Assembly (NCBI GenBank): GCA_965153285.1
Contig: OZ229112.1
Direction: 5' to 3' (one strand)
DNA length: 64,000 nucleotides
Origin: Podarcis tiliguerta
Taxonomy: Eukaryota
Part shown: in pieces, positions 1 to 12,120 of the stretch
How positions within the stretch are numbered: the stretch's first letter is position 1
Layout of the letters: the number at the start of each line of letters is the position of its first letter
The notes under the pieces: model-generated
Seen by the model: the letters and a program-made list of their open reading frames with translations, nothing else
What the model was told of the DNA's origin: nothing
Database searches by the model: none
Program-made: the position numbers and the translations under genes

Positions 1-142
1 ATGGATGGCAATATTTCTCCCTTGAAAGCCTCCTGCAGCTCCTGCAGCTTTATTTTGGAAGGGCTCAGGTGTTTGGAGGACAAAGCTGGTTTTTGCTATG
101 TGCATGTTCTAGAGTAGCACACAAAAGATTGTGATAATAGCT

Positions 143-280
143 ATGGGGTAGCCAACGTGGTGCTTCCCAGTTGATTCTGGATTAAAACTTTCATTATCCC
201 TGATCAATGGTCATGATGCTTGAGACTGATAGAAGCTGAAGTCCAATAACAAGGTGGAGGGCACAGCACTGTCTACCCCT
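143..280. mobile_element. Degraded hAT-type palindromic MITE (family of 8596-8731)
   Basis: ggggtagccaac ... gtctacccctg termini, internal similarity to the 8.6 kb copy. Confidence 0.6.
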
Positions 281-707
281 GCACTTATTTTTCAAATCCC
301 AAACAAACTTGATCAACAAATGAAAAACCACTGTAATAGTCTGCAGTCTTTCCAAAACCACCTTCTAGTATAAAGTGTACTGCTCAAGTTCCCTTCTGTG
401 GTTAGAATTTTTGGAGAATGTGGGGAAAACGTAGTAAAAGTGTTGATGGGGAAATTAAATGTGGAACTTCACATCGAACCACAATATCAGTTTATGAATC
501 ATAGTAACTAATGCTAGAATTTTCCAGTCTCCTGCATTCTTACATATCAGAAATATAACTTTGGAGACATCACAAGGATCTTAGTAGTACTTCTCTTAAC
601 TAAAAGTAATTATTTATGCATGACTGTAATTAAGAACATAAAAACATTATGAAAACAGGAGCTGAAATATTAGCAGTAAATTACAGTACAATTTTGACAG
701 CATATTT

Positions 708-770
708 GTTTCCTGCTTGGCAGGGGGTTGGACTCGATGGCCCTTGTGGTCTCTTCCAACTCTATGATAA
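708..770 (+). mobile_element. CR1-type 3' end fragment
   Basis: ttcctgc..gcagggggttggactcgatggccctt..ggtctcttccaactctatga. Confidence 0.7.
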
Positions 771-1496
771 GCAATTAAACCTACTTGATTTATGTCTGAA
801 CTTAGTTGGAATGTTTAACATTTATATACAGGCACTACAATATTTTCTCAGTTTCTAAAAAGTCCTCTGAAGGCATCGAGTGCCAAAATTGTAAATAACT
901 AGCAAATAATTTAAACACCTGAAAGTGATGTAAGTTGTCAGTCATGAATCATAATGTTATTCAGAGACTAGGCTACAGTGGGAACAGTGTGTGTGGATAA
1001 CATCTTTGACTAAGCAAAGAGAAGCTCGTTGACTGTCTACTTACTGCCCTGCAAGTAGCGAGAGGCATGCCATTTTTATGCACAAGAGGGACAAAAAGAA
1101 TAGTATGCCTCTGAGTCTAGATAGCTCTCTTGGAGACAGTACCATTCTTGTCTCAAGCTGAAATGAAAACATGAATTTTCAGTGTGTATCAGTTTGTGTA
1201 GAGATGTCAAATACTTTAATGCAATGACTGCAATGCAATGCCTGTCATTGCATGAAAGTATAACTGGCAGCTGACATTAACAGTATCATGATCAGTGAGT
1301 TATTGTCTTCAAGTGACATTTGAGCAAGGCATGGAAGTTTTAACTTGCTCTCACGTAACTAAAGAGGTACAATACTGTGGTTTTATAAAACACACATTAT
1401 TTCTGTACTGAAAAGTGAGAACAAGAGCATTGGAAATATCTACCCATGGTTGGAACCAAGGGCGGCTCCAACACCAAACTAGTTCAGTTTCAGTTT

Positions 1497-1886
1497 AACA
1501 TAAGAAGAGCCTGCTAGATCAGGCCCATCTAGTTCAGCATCATGTTCTCACAGCAGCCAACCAGATGCCTGTGGGAGATCCACAGGCAGGACCTGAGGAC
1601 CAAAGTGCATGTGCCTCCTGTGGTTTCCAGCAACTGGTATTCAGAAACATACTGCATCTGACCATGTGGGCCGAGTGTAGCCATCATGGCTAGTAGTCAT
1701 TGGCAGCTCTTTCCTGAAGGAATTGTCTAATCCTCTTCTAAAGCTATTGAAGTTGATGGCCATTGCTTCCTCCTGTGGGAGCAAATTCCATAGTTGATGC
1801 ATTGCGTGAAGTACTTTCTTTTATCTATACTGAATACTGAAGCATTCAGCTTCACTGGATGTCCACAACTTCTAGCATTATGAGAA
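1497..1886 (-). mobile_element. CR1 LINE 3' fragment (AACATAAG-tail family)
   Basis: aacataagaagagcctgct..gatcaggcc..; related copies at 16435, 21490, 28300, 52805 and 60740. Confidence 0.75.
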
Positions 1887-1944
1887 ATTGCTAAAGCAGT
1901 TAACATGCTTAGTGTTGGCTCCTTTGGGAAGAAGGATGGAGTAA

Positions 1945-1947
<3 letters not shown>

Positions 1948-1980
<33 letters not shown>
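1948..1980. repeat. (TG)n microsatellite
   Basis: Direct read. Confidence 0.98.
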
Positions 1981-1981
<1 letters not shown>

Positions 1982-1984
1982 TGG

Positions 1985-2190
1985 AAGAACTTCCTGACAG
2001 TAAGAGCTGTTTGATTGAGAGTGGAATGGATTCCCTCAGAAGGTTGTGGACTCTCCTTCCTTGGAGGTTTTTGAGCAGAGGTTGGATGGCCAACTGTCAG
2101 GGAGTTTTAAGCTATGATTCCTGAATTGCAGGGGGTTACAGTAGATGGCCCTTGGGGGTGCCTTCCAACGCTACGGTTCTCTGATTCTAA
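1985..2190 (+). mobile_element. CR1 LINE 3' end
   Basis: tctccttccttggaggtttttgagcagaggttggatggcc...ccttccaac...tgattct. Confidence 0.85.
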
Positions 2191-3460
2191 GCCAGTAAGC
2201 AATATAATAATCAAATATAGTGTAAAGGAATCTTAGAAATACAAAAGAAATCAAATCTACATACCAAATAGAACTTAACTGTGTCTCAAAAAACCATGCA
2301 GACTAAAAAATACAATACAAGATATTAATAGTCAGGTACAAATATTTTTAAATGTTACCCTGAGCTGTAAAAAATGATGCCCAACTGCTCATCAGACCAA
2401 CTGCTACAAACAGCAAAAAGAGCAAGGAAGCAGGGGAAGAGAAAGAAAATGGGGGAGGGCAGGAGAACAAAAGAAAAGACAAGATGAGGGGAGTTTCATC
2501 ATCATCATCAATTTGGACACAGCTGGTTTCAGTCTTCCCCTTCTGATGTCAGCCCAAGGATAGTGCCTCTCCCTGTTCCCAAACTGCTCAGCATCTCCCA
2601 GAAGCAGGGGTTGAGCAGCACTCTTTGAATAAGTCTGTGGGCCTGGTGTTTCAGATAGGCCACAGCAGGTTTCAGTTTCCCCCCTTCTGACTATGTAGTC
2701 ACACCACGCAACAATTGGCCCTGATATAGGTATGCAGATGGCTTTTTCTAATCACATTAATTGTAAAGGTATACGGCAAGTCCACTCACTAATTTTGTAA
2801 TGCATGTTGTGGCCCTTGCCAAAGGTTCTTGCCAAATATTTTCCCACTGTCTGCTGACTTGTAGGATTCTAGTTGTGCACTGGAGTCTGTTGATTCTTTT
2901 AGTGAAAGTATTGTGGTAGATGTGTTTCAGATTGGCATGAAATTTCAATCTGAGAAATCATTGCTTGTTCTTTGTCATTTTTAAACAGTGAACATAAAAA
3001 CACAGTTGCATATATTTTTGTGGTTAATGCATGTAACTCCCACACTCATGCAAAAACCTTCGATAAGATTACAGCTGTGTTGCTTCCTGAAAGATACTGA
3101 CAGATTTCACATTCTGGTTTGCGGATGTGCAGAGAGGTACTTCAAAAGCCTTTAGTATCACTGACATTAGTCAACTGGCAGCTGTGAGCTGAACTCCTTG
3201 TTCTGGACACTTTGCCAAGTGCTTTATGCAAAACTAGCTTTGCAGTGAACCAGGTCTCATTGTTTTTAATGGCATCAGTATGGTATACTACTGTAAACAA
3301 GTGTGGCTTGTTATGAAGCACAGATAGAAAATTTCCACAGACAGCACTTCTGCAACAAGGACAGTTCTGTTGGTTTCAGTGGTGAATTCTTTCTTTCCCC
3401 TGAAACCACAGCTGAAATGTTTATAGCTAAAAGTTCAGATAGTGCAATTTTCTTTTCTAG

Positions 3461-3526
3461 GAACTTGGAATTAGGATCCCCAGACCACTGGGACAAGGAC
3501 CAAGCAGATTCATCCCAGAGATGGAG
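3461..3526 (+). CDS. SESN1: Sestrin-1 coding exon (exon 2): [22 protein letters not shown]
   Basis: ttttctag|GAA acceptor, GAG|gtgcgt donor, 66 nt, phase 0-0; not in the ORF track frame. Confidence 0.95.
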
Positions 3527-4127
3527 GTGCGTGGTGATTTACGTTTTGCAAGTACACAGAGAACTTGTTACATTTTTTCGTGGTGGTGAATCTAGTATTG
3601 GCTAAGGAACAGCTGCAAAGTATTATTCACATGTCCACAGTAAATCATCAGGAGTTTGGCAAGAATTCTGCTGAATTAGAAAACAGTAATGTCCATGTGG
3701 AATTTTGATATTTAATGGCACACTCATACTAGCTTGTCTTAATAAACCCAGTGTTGTTTGGATACTAGGTAAGGATTAGCTTGCCCTTTAATTGTAGTGG
3801 ACATGTATATTTGTTTAAATCTAATTAACCAGCATGTTTTTAGTGCATAGTGTGAGTGTATGAGAGAAGGTGAACAAGTGATCTTCCTGGGCTACCTCAC
3901 ACGCTGGCTGATATAAAACCTGGGTGGTAATAAGAGGCTTTATCAATGTGGCTTTGGTTAACATTACGCCTAGCTTAGTAGTCATAAACATGTTTCCCAC
4001 AACAGCTAACTATTTAAATAGCTCAGCATTTTGGGGTACTACTGTTGCCTCTATAGGCTAGCATACTGCCCTTCAATAAATATATGTTCCCTGTCCACTT
4101 ATCTCTGTTAAAAATTAATATAAAGCT

Positions 4128-4360
4128 TGAGGTTACAGGGAACCAGGCAGAGGGCTTTCTCAGTAGTGGTGCCCACCCTGTGAAACACCCTCCCATCAGA
4201 TGTCAAGGAAATAAACAGCTATCAGACATCTGAAGGCAGCCCCATATCAGGAAATTTTTAATGTCTAATGATTTACAATTTTTATATATGGTATAAGCTG
4301 CCCAGAGTGGCTTAGGAAAGCCAGCCAGATGGGTGGGGTATAAATAATAAACATATTATT
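4128..4360 (+). mobile_element. L2-clade LINE 3' end
   Basis: agggctttctcagtagtggtgccc (RAFS..AP remnant) ... ctgcccagagtggct..agccagatgggtggggtataaataataa. Confidence 0.8.
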
Positions 4361-4558
4361 ACACGTTATTGATCCAGCACACAATTTGCTATACTTGGGG
4401 ATTCACTAAAGTCCTTCAGTTATGAGAAGCATCTCATTTGGTATATTAAGATTTAACAACTAATTTGGAGCTAGTAAATTTTAACAAATATTCATATTGG
4501 CTGCTATGTCTTTATTTCTTACAATGTTTTGCCACTATTCTTTTTCTAATTCAAACAG

Positions 4559-4759
4559 ATTATCCAAGTGAGCGCTGAAGATACCCACATGCATGCTTTG
4601 TTTGCAGAGTCTTTCACCACTTTAGGGCATTTGGACAACATTGCCTTGGTGATGGTTTTCCACCCACAGTACCTGGAGAGCTTTTTAAAAACTCAGCATT
4701 ATCTGTTGCAGATGGATGGCCCACTGCCTCTTCACTATCGACACTACATTGGTATCATG
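4559..4759 (+). CDS. SESN1: Sestrin-1 exon 3: [15 protein letters not shown]...HYRHYIGIM
   Basis: aaacag|ATT, ATG|gtaggt, 201 nt; overlaps ORF 4568..4768. Confidence 0.97.
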
Positions 4760-5054
4760 GTAGGTTAAACTATGAAACAGAAAGCAATGGCAGTATTTTG
4801 TACATCTTTTAAAGTTTCTATATCAGATATGGCTGTACTTAAGAGAAACTTAGTATCTTTGCAATCTCTTTGGCACTAAACTAAAAAACATGTATGCTCA
4901 CCCATGCATTTTATTCTTGTGTGTATTTTAATAATTTAATTTTTGTTTCTTTAAAATGCTTAAGTGACTGTACAGTCAGAAAATTCTAAATTGAATGGTG
5001 TGTATAAAATATAAATGAAGTTTGTTAATTTTGTGGGAATTCTGTGTTCATACT

Positions 5055-5188
5055 GTGGCTAACCTGTAGCCCTTTGGTAATATTGAGCTCCAATTCCCAT
5101 CAGCTCCAGCCAGCATGACCAATGGATGGTAATGATGTGATTTCAAGTCGAACAACATCAGGGGCCCACTGATTAGGCATCTCTTGTG
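5055..5188. mobile_element. Degraded hAT-type palindromic MITE
   Basis: Similar to 8596-8731 (caattcccatcagc...gatgtgatttcaagtcgaacaacatc). Confidence 0.55.
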
Positions 5189-5695
5189 CATGTTTGTTGT
5201 GTATATTAGTCAGAAAGTATGGGAACAAATGTGTTTAATTTTTGCAATCTGGAACACTTATTTCTAATATTTCTACTTATTACTCCGTTATAATTTTTCA
5301 GTGGCTAGAATGGCTAGAATAGCAGAGGAATTATTTAAGGTATTCTAGCTGGTAGTGGTCAGCGGAACAGGGTAGCTGCACTCACCTGACCTCCTGTTAC
5401 CCGTTCCACTGCTGCTTACTGAGAGCTAGAGGTGGGAGTGACAAAGGCATGGTGCAAACACACGGATTGGCTCTACAAGTGCATTTGTACCTTGCTTCTG
5501 CCTCTCCCCTTCACCTCCTGGTGACCACCAGCAGCAAGGGTGACAGGAAGGTGAGGTGAGTGGCCTCATCCTGTCAGCTTCTACTTATTCTAGCAGTTCT
5601 GTTTGCCCTGAACAAATCTGATTGCAGCAGTGGGGGAAAGGTTTCACTAATCTAAATCTCCTCTCCAAGCTGCTATTAGTTCTTCCTAGAAAGTA

Positions 5696-5953
5696 CCGTA
5701 TTTTTCGCCCTATAGGACGCACTTTTCCCCCTCCAAAAATGAAGGGGAAATGTGTGTGCGTCCTATGGGGCGAATGCAGGCTTTCCCTGGAGCCTGGAGA
5801 GCGAGAGGGGTCGGTGCACACTGAACTTGGGAGTTCCCGCCGGGCTCCCAAGGCTTGCGGGCTTCGGGCAGCTCTCCACAAGCCTTCCTTGTTCCCCCCA
5901 AAAAAACTAGGTGCGCCCTATGGGCCGGTGCGCCCTATAGGACGAAAAATTTA
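5696..5953 (+). mobile_element. Tc2/pogo-like (TcMar) MITE
   Basis: TA|CCGTATTTTTCGCCCTATAGGACGCAC left TIR, right end gtgcgccctataggacgaaaaat; second copy inverted at 37414. Confidence 0.8.
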
Positions 5954-6965
5954 TAGGTTCCCCCCCTCCAAAGAAAACAAATGACTGAAATGCGCATAAT
6001 TCAGGGCAAACAATAGTGAGGTTTTTTTTGGGGGGGGGGTAGATTTAGATTAGTGAAATAATGTAGGAGAGGAAAAAGTTTAAACAACTTCTTTCCGAGC
6101 ACTTTTGCTGCAATCAAATTTTGCCTCATGGCTGCTTTTAAGCAAAATCTAAAATGGCAAGAGACCCAGTCACGCATCTTTTAATACTTTGTAGTTGGCT
6201 CATTTGTGACCAAATAATTTAAGACTGTCTGTTGAGGTTCTAGTATTATTGCTGCAGCTTTCCAGGAAATCTGTCGAACAAAGAGAATGACAGTTGTGGG
6301 AGGAAACATCTAATGATGGCTGTTGTTAAAACAGTGTTCAAGCTGTTTTCTCTAGCCTTCATGTATGAAAGGATTGGAGGAACTAGACTAACATAGCAGA
6401 AACAAAGTATCTCTGATATATTTAAGTTAAAATTATGGGCTGCAATCTTATATAATTTTACCTGGAACAAAGTGGCCCTTTTGTGCAAGGACGTCTTGTG
6501 TAAAATAATTTGCCCTTCCTCTTATACCCCCTCCCACCGCATGCCCCCTAAATGTGTTCTGGGGGCGTCCTCCAATCCTCTGGAGTAAATTGGGAGGGGG
6601 TTGCAAGGAGATAAGGGAGGAGGAGTTCTGTTGCTTGAGTATTTGTGTGGAAAGAACCATTTCATTGGATGCAACCAGTCAGTGGGACTTGATTCTGAGT
6701 ACACTGGTTTATAAAGTGAATACATTTGTATATGGTAAAGAAATAAAAGTTGCTGCTGTACTGCTTTTGCCATATACAAAGCACATACAGAAATAAACCA
6801 CTATGCAAACAAAATACATAAACATTGCTACACAGGCAGGTTTTTTGTTGTTGTTTCCCATTCTTGAGCATAGCTATACTCTGTAATTATCCATATTGAT
6901 AGGCAAGGAACTTCCCTGCAGGGAATCTCTCAGTTTGATAGTTCTTGTGCTTGTTTTTCCTCCAG

Positions 6966-7148
6966 GCTGCAGCTAGGCACCAGTGCTCCTACTTGGTTAA
7001 CGTCCATGTCAATTGCTTTCTTCATGTTGGGGGAGACCCTAAGTGGTTGAATGGTCTAGAGAATGCACCTCAAAAACTGCAGAATTTGGGTGAATTGAAT
7101 AAAATCTTGGCGCACAGACCATGGCTCATTACCAAAGAACATATTGAA
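6966..7148 (+). CDS. SESN1: Sestrin-1 exon 4: [10 protein letters not shown]...ITKEHIE (contains the redox-active Cys)
   Basis: ctccag|GCT, GAA|gtgagt, 183 nt. Confidence 0.97.
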
Positions 7149-8084
7149 GTGAGTATTTTACTTATTTATTTACATATAAATACTATATATGTAAGCTCCC
7201 TTAATATTTTTATTTATTTTTTGATTTAGAGCTTTTCAAGCGTCTAGTATTTTAATCCATACCTTTTTAAATATTTGCTACCACATGCTGTGTCATAAGA
7301 TGCTAAAACATTCAAATCATCTTAATAGAAACACAAGTGCTAAGTGTCTGTACTGAACAACATTCTTACTTGGAAATTCTATTTACTACTGGGATACCAG
7401 CTGGTTTTTTTTGGGGGGGGCATGGCATAGTACTAGGTACTTGCCAAGTCTTGATATATAGCTCTCAGATGGATGGGCACCATCCTTAAACTATGATTCA
7501 TGTTGTTCGCATAGAGCACCTGATGCTGAAGGATCATTTAGGGACATGGTAGGTCCAAGTGCTCTTTCCTTTCCTTTCCTTTCCTTTCTTTCTTTTTCTC
7601 CTTTTTGAACCCTGAGATTAACTATCTAATGTTGATTTCCATTTGTCAAAACAAAACTGAATTATTATTTTTAACTAGCTCTCATTATACTAGACAGTAT
7701 CATTTTAGTATACCAGTGACTAATTTGTCCCTGAACCACCTGACCTTAGATACTTTAAAAAGTAATCAGAAATTAGTGTTTAGAATCATTTGGTCTCCCT
7801 TTGCTTAGCTAGCATACATTTTTGTTTCAAAATTATCTAAACTACCTTCAACTTTGATAATAGAGCAATATCATGTATAAAGTTGCAGCGCTATAAAGTA
7901 TTCACCTAGTTGAAAATCTTGCTCATGGGTATTCAGTCCCTGCATTTAGTAGGATCTTTCTGATAGAAAAGCATGAGTGTGTGCCATGCTGGAAACATCT
8001 GTGGCCTTATTGTATAATCAGATTTGTGAGGTAGCTATAAGCAAAGTTTCTAAGAGAACTTGTAAATCTTTTTTCCTCCTGAAG

Positions 8085-8324
8085 CAACTTCTGAAGACTG
8101 AAGAACATAGCTGGTCCCTGGCAGAACTGATCCATGCTGTAGTTCTCCTTACACATTATCATTCCCTTGCATCCTTCACGTTTGGCTGTGGAATCAACCC
8201 AGAAATTCACTGTGACGGTGGTCACACGTTCAGGCCACCTTCTGTCAGTGGCTACTGCATTTGTGATATTGCAAATGGAAATCATGGTGTGTATGAGACG
8301 CAGGGCCCAGCTGCAAATATTGCT
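8085..8324 (+). CDS. SESN1: Sestrin-1 exon 5: [15 protein letters not shown]...GPAANIA
   Basis: ttttcctcctgaag|CAA, GCT|gtaagt, 240 nt. Confidence 0.96.
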
Positions 8325-8595
8325 GTAAGTATTTCACCTATATTAAGTAAGTTACATACATGAACATTTTTTCCAGCATTTCCACTGGTAGTGAAGTATA
8401 TGTACATGAAAGTATATGAAAAATCCCAGTAGCACTTTTTTATTCATTGGGAGTGGGGGCACAAATCAGTGACTTTTCAAAGCAGCAAATGTATTTGTAC
8501 TTGTATGAATGTAGAAACTGTATTTGTATTTTCTGAAGCAAACGCATCAGGGAAGCCCAGTCAGACCAAGGTCCCTAAATGTGGATAACGTACAG

Positions 8596-8731
8596 CAGGC
8601 ATAGGCAAACTTGGCCCTCCAAATGTTTTGGGACTAAGACTCCCATCACCCCTAGCTAACAGGACCAGTGGTCAGGGATGATGGAGGTTGTAGTCCCAAA
8701 ACATCTGGAGGGCCGAGTTTGCCTATGCCTG
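8596..8731. mobile_element. hAT-type MITE, near-fully palindromic
   Basis: TIR CAGGCATAGGCAAACT / AGTTTGCCTATGCCTG; 8-bp TSD ACGTACAG/ACGTACAC. Confidence 0.92.
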
Positions 8732-8870
8732 ACGTACACACTTGATATGGAAAATACAAGTGTCAGTTCAAGAAATTTATTTGCCGTGAGAGGTGTGGAG
8801 CTGATCTGAGTTTCCCAAAATTGAACTGAAATTGTTCAAGTCCTCACTAATTTAATATGATGGTTTAGTT

Positions 8871-9093
8871 CAGGGGTCGGCAACCTAAGGCCCATGGGCC
8901 ACAAGCAGCCGACAGGGGTCGTTTAACCAGCCCACGAGCTGCCTGCTTGGCGAGTCCCCATGGGCTGTGCTAAACCAGCACAGTGTGGGGACTCACTTCC
9001 GCAGCGCCGAAAATTGTGGGCGTGATCTGGCCCACGGAGGGATCTCCACTGGAGTGAACTGGCCCAAGGCAAAGTAAACCTTGCCAACCCCTG
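8871..9093. mobile_element. hAT (Charlie-like) MITE
   Basis: TIR CAGGGGTCGGCAA / TTGCCAACCCCTG; TSD GTTTAGTT/GTTTAGCT. Confidence 0.9.
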
Positions 9094-9930
9094 GTTTAGC
9101 TGGTCTAGTGACTTTTGCCATTGTCAAAAACAATGTGTCACTGAGAATTATTAAAAGGTTCCTAAGGTGAGAAACAGGCTTACCATGAAGCAGATTTCAA
9201 CTCCCAAGAATGCACATACACTTTGTATGTATGTGTATTATTATTATTATTTATTAACAACAACACAATAATGTGAAAAGCCGTCCTAATGAATTTCAGT
9301 TATAAAAAACACATCACATTTCACAAGTGAGATGTTTAATCAGTAATGTTGCTATCTTTTGCGGGTGGGGGGTGAAGTACTAGCAGGAATAGAGCATTTG
9401 TTTTAATTATTCCTAACATCTTTTACATCAAACTACAGCCTGAGAACAAGGTGATAGACAGAAATTGGATGTTATGTCACTTATGTTGGATGTTATATCA
9501 ACTAAATTTTCTTGTAGGTATGTGATGCCAATTTTAAATGTAGCTGTTGTGTTTTTTGTTAATAGCATTTTAAGAATGTGCAACCTTTTTTTGAAATAGC
9601 CATTTTTAAAGAACTTTAGATCTTTGGACAGCATTTTGCACAAGCTGCAGCTTTTGGACAAAACTTAATAGGATGTACTTCAGCTACTAATGCATCAAAC
9701 ACTGTAGTCAGGTATCCCTGTCCAGAAACAGCTATAACTGTTAATTCTGCATTACATCATTGCATAATAAAGGCAAATAGAATATCCACAAAACTGAGGG
9801 CACCATTGAATTTAAGGTAGTAAGCAGGGAGGCATAGAACTGGAACATAGTATAATGTTTATACTTACCTGTGACTGTATACTCTCAGTACAATATCCCA
9901 ATGCATTAGAATATTGGTGTTTTTTTTAAG

Positions 9931-10078
9931 ACCACTGAGCCTTTCTGTGAAGTAGAAGCACTTATGGAAAAACTGAAGCAACTACAGGAATGCAGAGATG
10001 ATGTTAAAGCCAGTCAAGAAGAAAAGGCCACTCGTTTTGAGAAGGAAAAGAGAGAAAGCATGTTGGTGTGTTGCTCAG
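9931..10078 (+). CDS. SESN1: Sestrin-1 exon 6: [17 protein letters not shown]...MLVCCS
   Basis: ttttttaag|ACC, TCAG|gtggga, 148 nt, phase 0-1. Confidence 0.95.
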
Positions 10079-11454
10079 GTGGGAACATAGTTAAAGTCAA
10101 CATATCTTTAAAAGCCATCTTGGCTTGTGGCGCATGTCCTAGTGTTGCCTATCAAGTTAGATAGTAAAATGCTTTTGTCAATTCCAGATCACAGCAAGTT
10201 TCCATTGTCATGAACAGATAATGAAACACATTAAAAACACCGATCTCCTTTATAACTCAAAATCTTAATTACAAGTTAATCAGTTCATCTGGGTAGTTGC
10301 CCAAGACACAAACCTACGCATGTAGGGAGGTATGTTGCCAAGGGATGTGTGTGTTGTCATGCCCCACCCAGTGTGTCTACTGCTTAATTAAGGTGACCCT
10401 TTCCCACTGGCTGTCAGCTAACACTAGCAGCAGAAGAGAGCCCTGGCCTTCCCTACTTGGAACAGCCACCTAGAGTCGTTTATTTCATTCGTTAGGCACC
10501 TACAAAGAAAAGTCCAGGTATATTAAAATGAAAATACAAACCCAGCAACAAGCACATCTGCAGTCTGCTTGCACCTAGCACTGTTGAGGTGCACTTTATT
10601 TTGGAGCATAATGGGGTGTGGGAGTATGGACTTTGTTTCCATCAACACTGTTGATTGTACCAAGACCACAGCTAATCTTATGTACCTGACCACGCTTGTT
10701 ACTTCTATGAGTCTGGAGTTTATGGCCTCCCAATGGGGAGTGAGTCTGTATCTGGCTGTATCTGGAGTGTTGCCATACCAACACAGAGAAAGCATTAAAT
10801 ATTTGGAACTGTTTGCCATTAACATGTATACATGATTAGGTGGAAATACGCAGGCAAAATAGTACTTGAAACTAAAGATGTCCTCCTTTTGCTATACTTT
10901 GGTTTTACTCCAATCTTAAATTCTGTTTATATCCTCCTTTCCACTGCCATAAAAACCTAGAAGCTGGATGTTGCTAGTTGTTGACATGGTTTTCTGTAGC
11001 ATTCATTTTTTATTCTATCTTAGAACGTTTAGTATTGTTGTGTCAGTGCAGTGTCATGTCAAGAGCACATGGATGCAAGGACATATCCAATGAAAAACTA
11101 GTGTAGTGGTGGGCTGCATGTGATCCCAAAGTTTGGCTGAAATCCTAAAAATGCTGCCATTCAACTTAAAGCAACAATGTGTTTCAATCCCATCTGACCA
11201 TACTAATGAGCTTGAAATGTACAGCATGAAATGCTAAGACCAGAAACAAGAAGACTTGTTACTAATTCCTGGCCCTGTATTTTTTTCTGTTCATCAAGTC
11301 AGATGTAGAGAAATTATATGCTCACGACTTGCATTAATATGTGGATGTTATTTATTTTATTTATATACTGCCCTTCATGGTTCGCAGCATAAAAATACAA
11401 AATAAATGAATAAACACAAAATACAGAGTTATGGCCTTGAATTTCACATAGCTG

Positions 11455-11585
11455 AGGGATAGGGAACTTGTGGCCCTCTATATGATATTGATTACAAGTT
11501 CCATCAACCCTGACCATCAGTCACACTGGCTGGGGCTGATGGGACTGTAGTCTGAACAACATCTGGAGGGCTACATATTCTCTAC
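11455..11585. mobile_element. hAT-type palindromic MITE (family of 8596-8731)
   Basis: gggatagggaacttgtggccctc ... gatgggactgtagtc..aacatctggagggc. Confidence 0.7.
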
Positions 11586-11784
11586 TTCTCTACTTCTGTA
11601 ATATAGGTTCAATGTTGCATTTAAAAAAAGGTTTTGTCTAATAAACTATCAATTTTAATTGATTTATGTGTATTTGGTCTAGAAAAGGATTTTCAAACTA
11701 AAGGGATACAATTTTTAAATTGTAGCCATTTGCGTCAGGGCTTTCGGTGTTAAGTTTTGCAATGTTTTGTTACATTTTTAACAG

Positions 11785-11897
11785 AAGATGAAGAATCTGT
11801 GCCAACAAGAGATGTGTCTCGCCACTTTGAGGATACTAGCTATGGCTATAAAGATTTCTCCAGACATGGAATGCAAGTACCTACCTTCCATGTTCAG
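11785..11897 (+). CDS. SESN1: Sestrin-1 exon 7: (E)[37 protein letters not shown]
   Basis: tttaacag|AAG (NAGNAG), CAG|gtaaga, 113 nt, phase 1-0. Confidence 0.95.
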
Positions 11898-12120
11898 GTA
11901 AGACTTAGGTTGTAAGTAGCAAAACTTGGAAGAGTGCGCTGCATCATTAGTATTTATACACTAAGCTCATTGTAGGGCTTTGCTATTTACCCTAAGAAAA
12001 TAAGATAGTGTTTCCTTAAGCCATTTCAAATCCATTTGCAAGCTTGGCTTAAAACTGTGTGTCTAATACAATGGCACCTTTCTTGGGAACTTGCACTCAC
12101 GTACCGAATTTGTTTTTAAG

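Noticed and set aside
1-3460. SESN1 first exon or canonical p53 element
   Set aside because: No CpG island, no matching N-terminal coding sequence and no full p53 site seen; presumably upstream of the window
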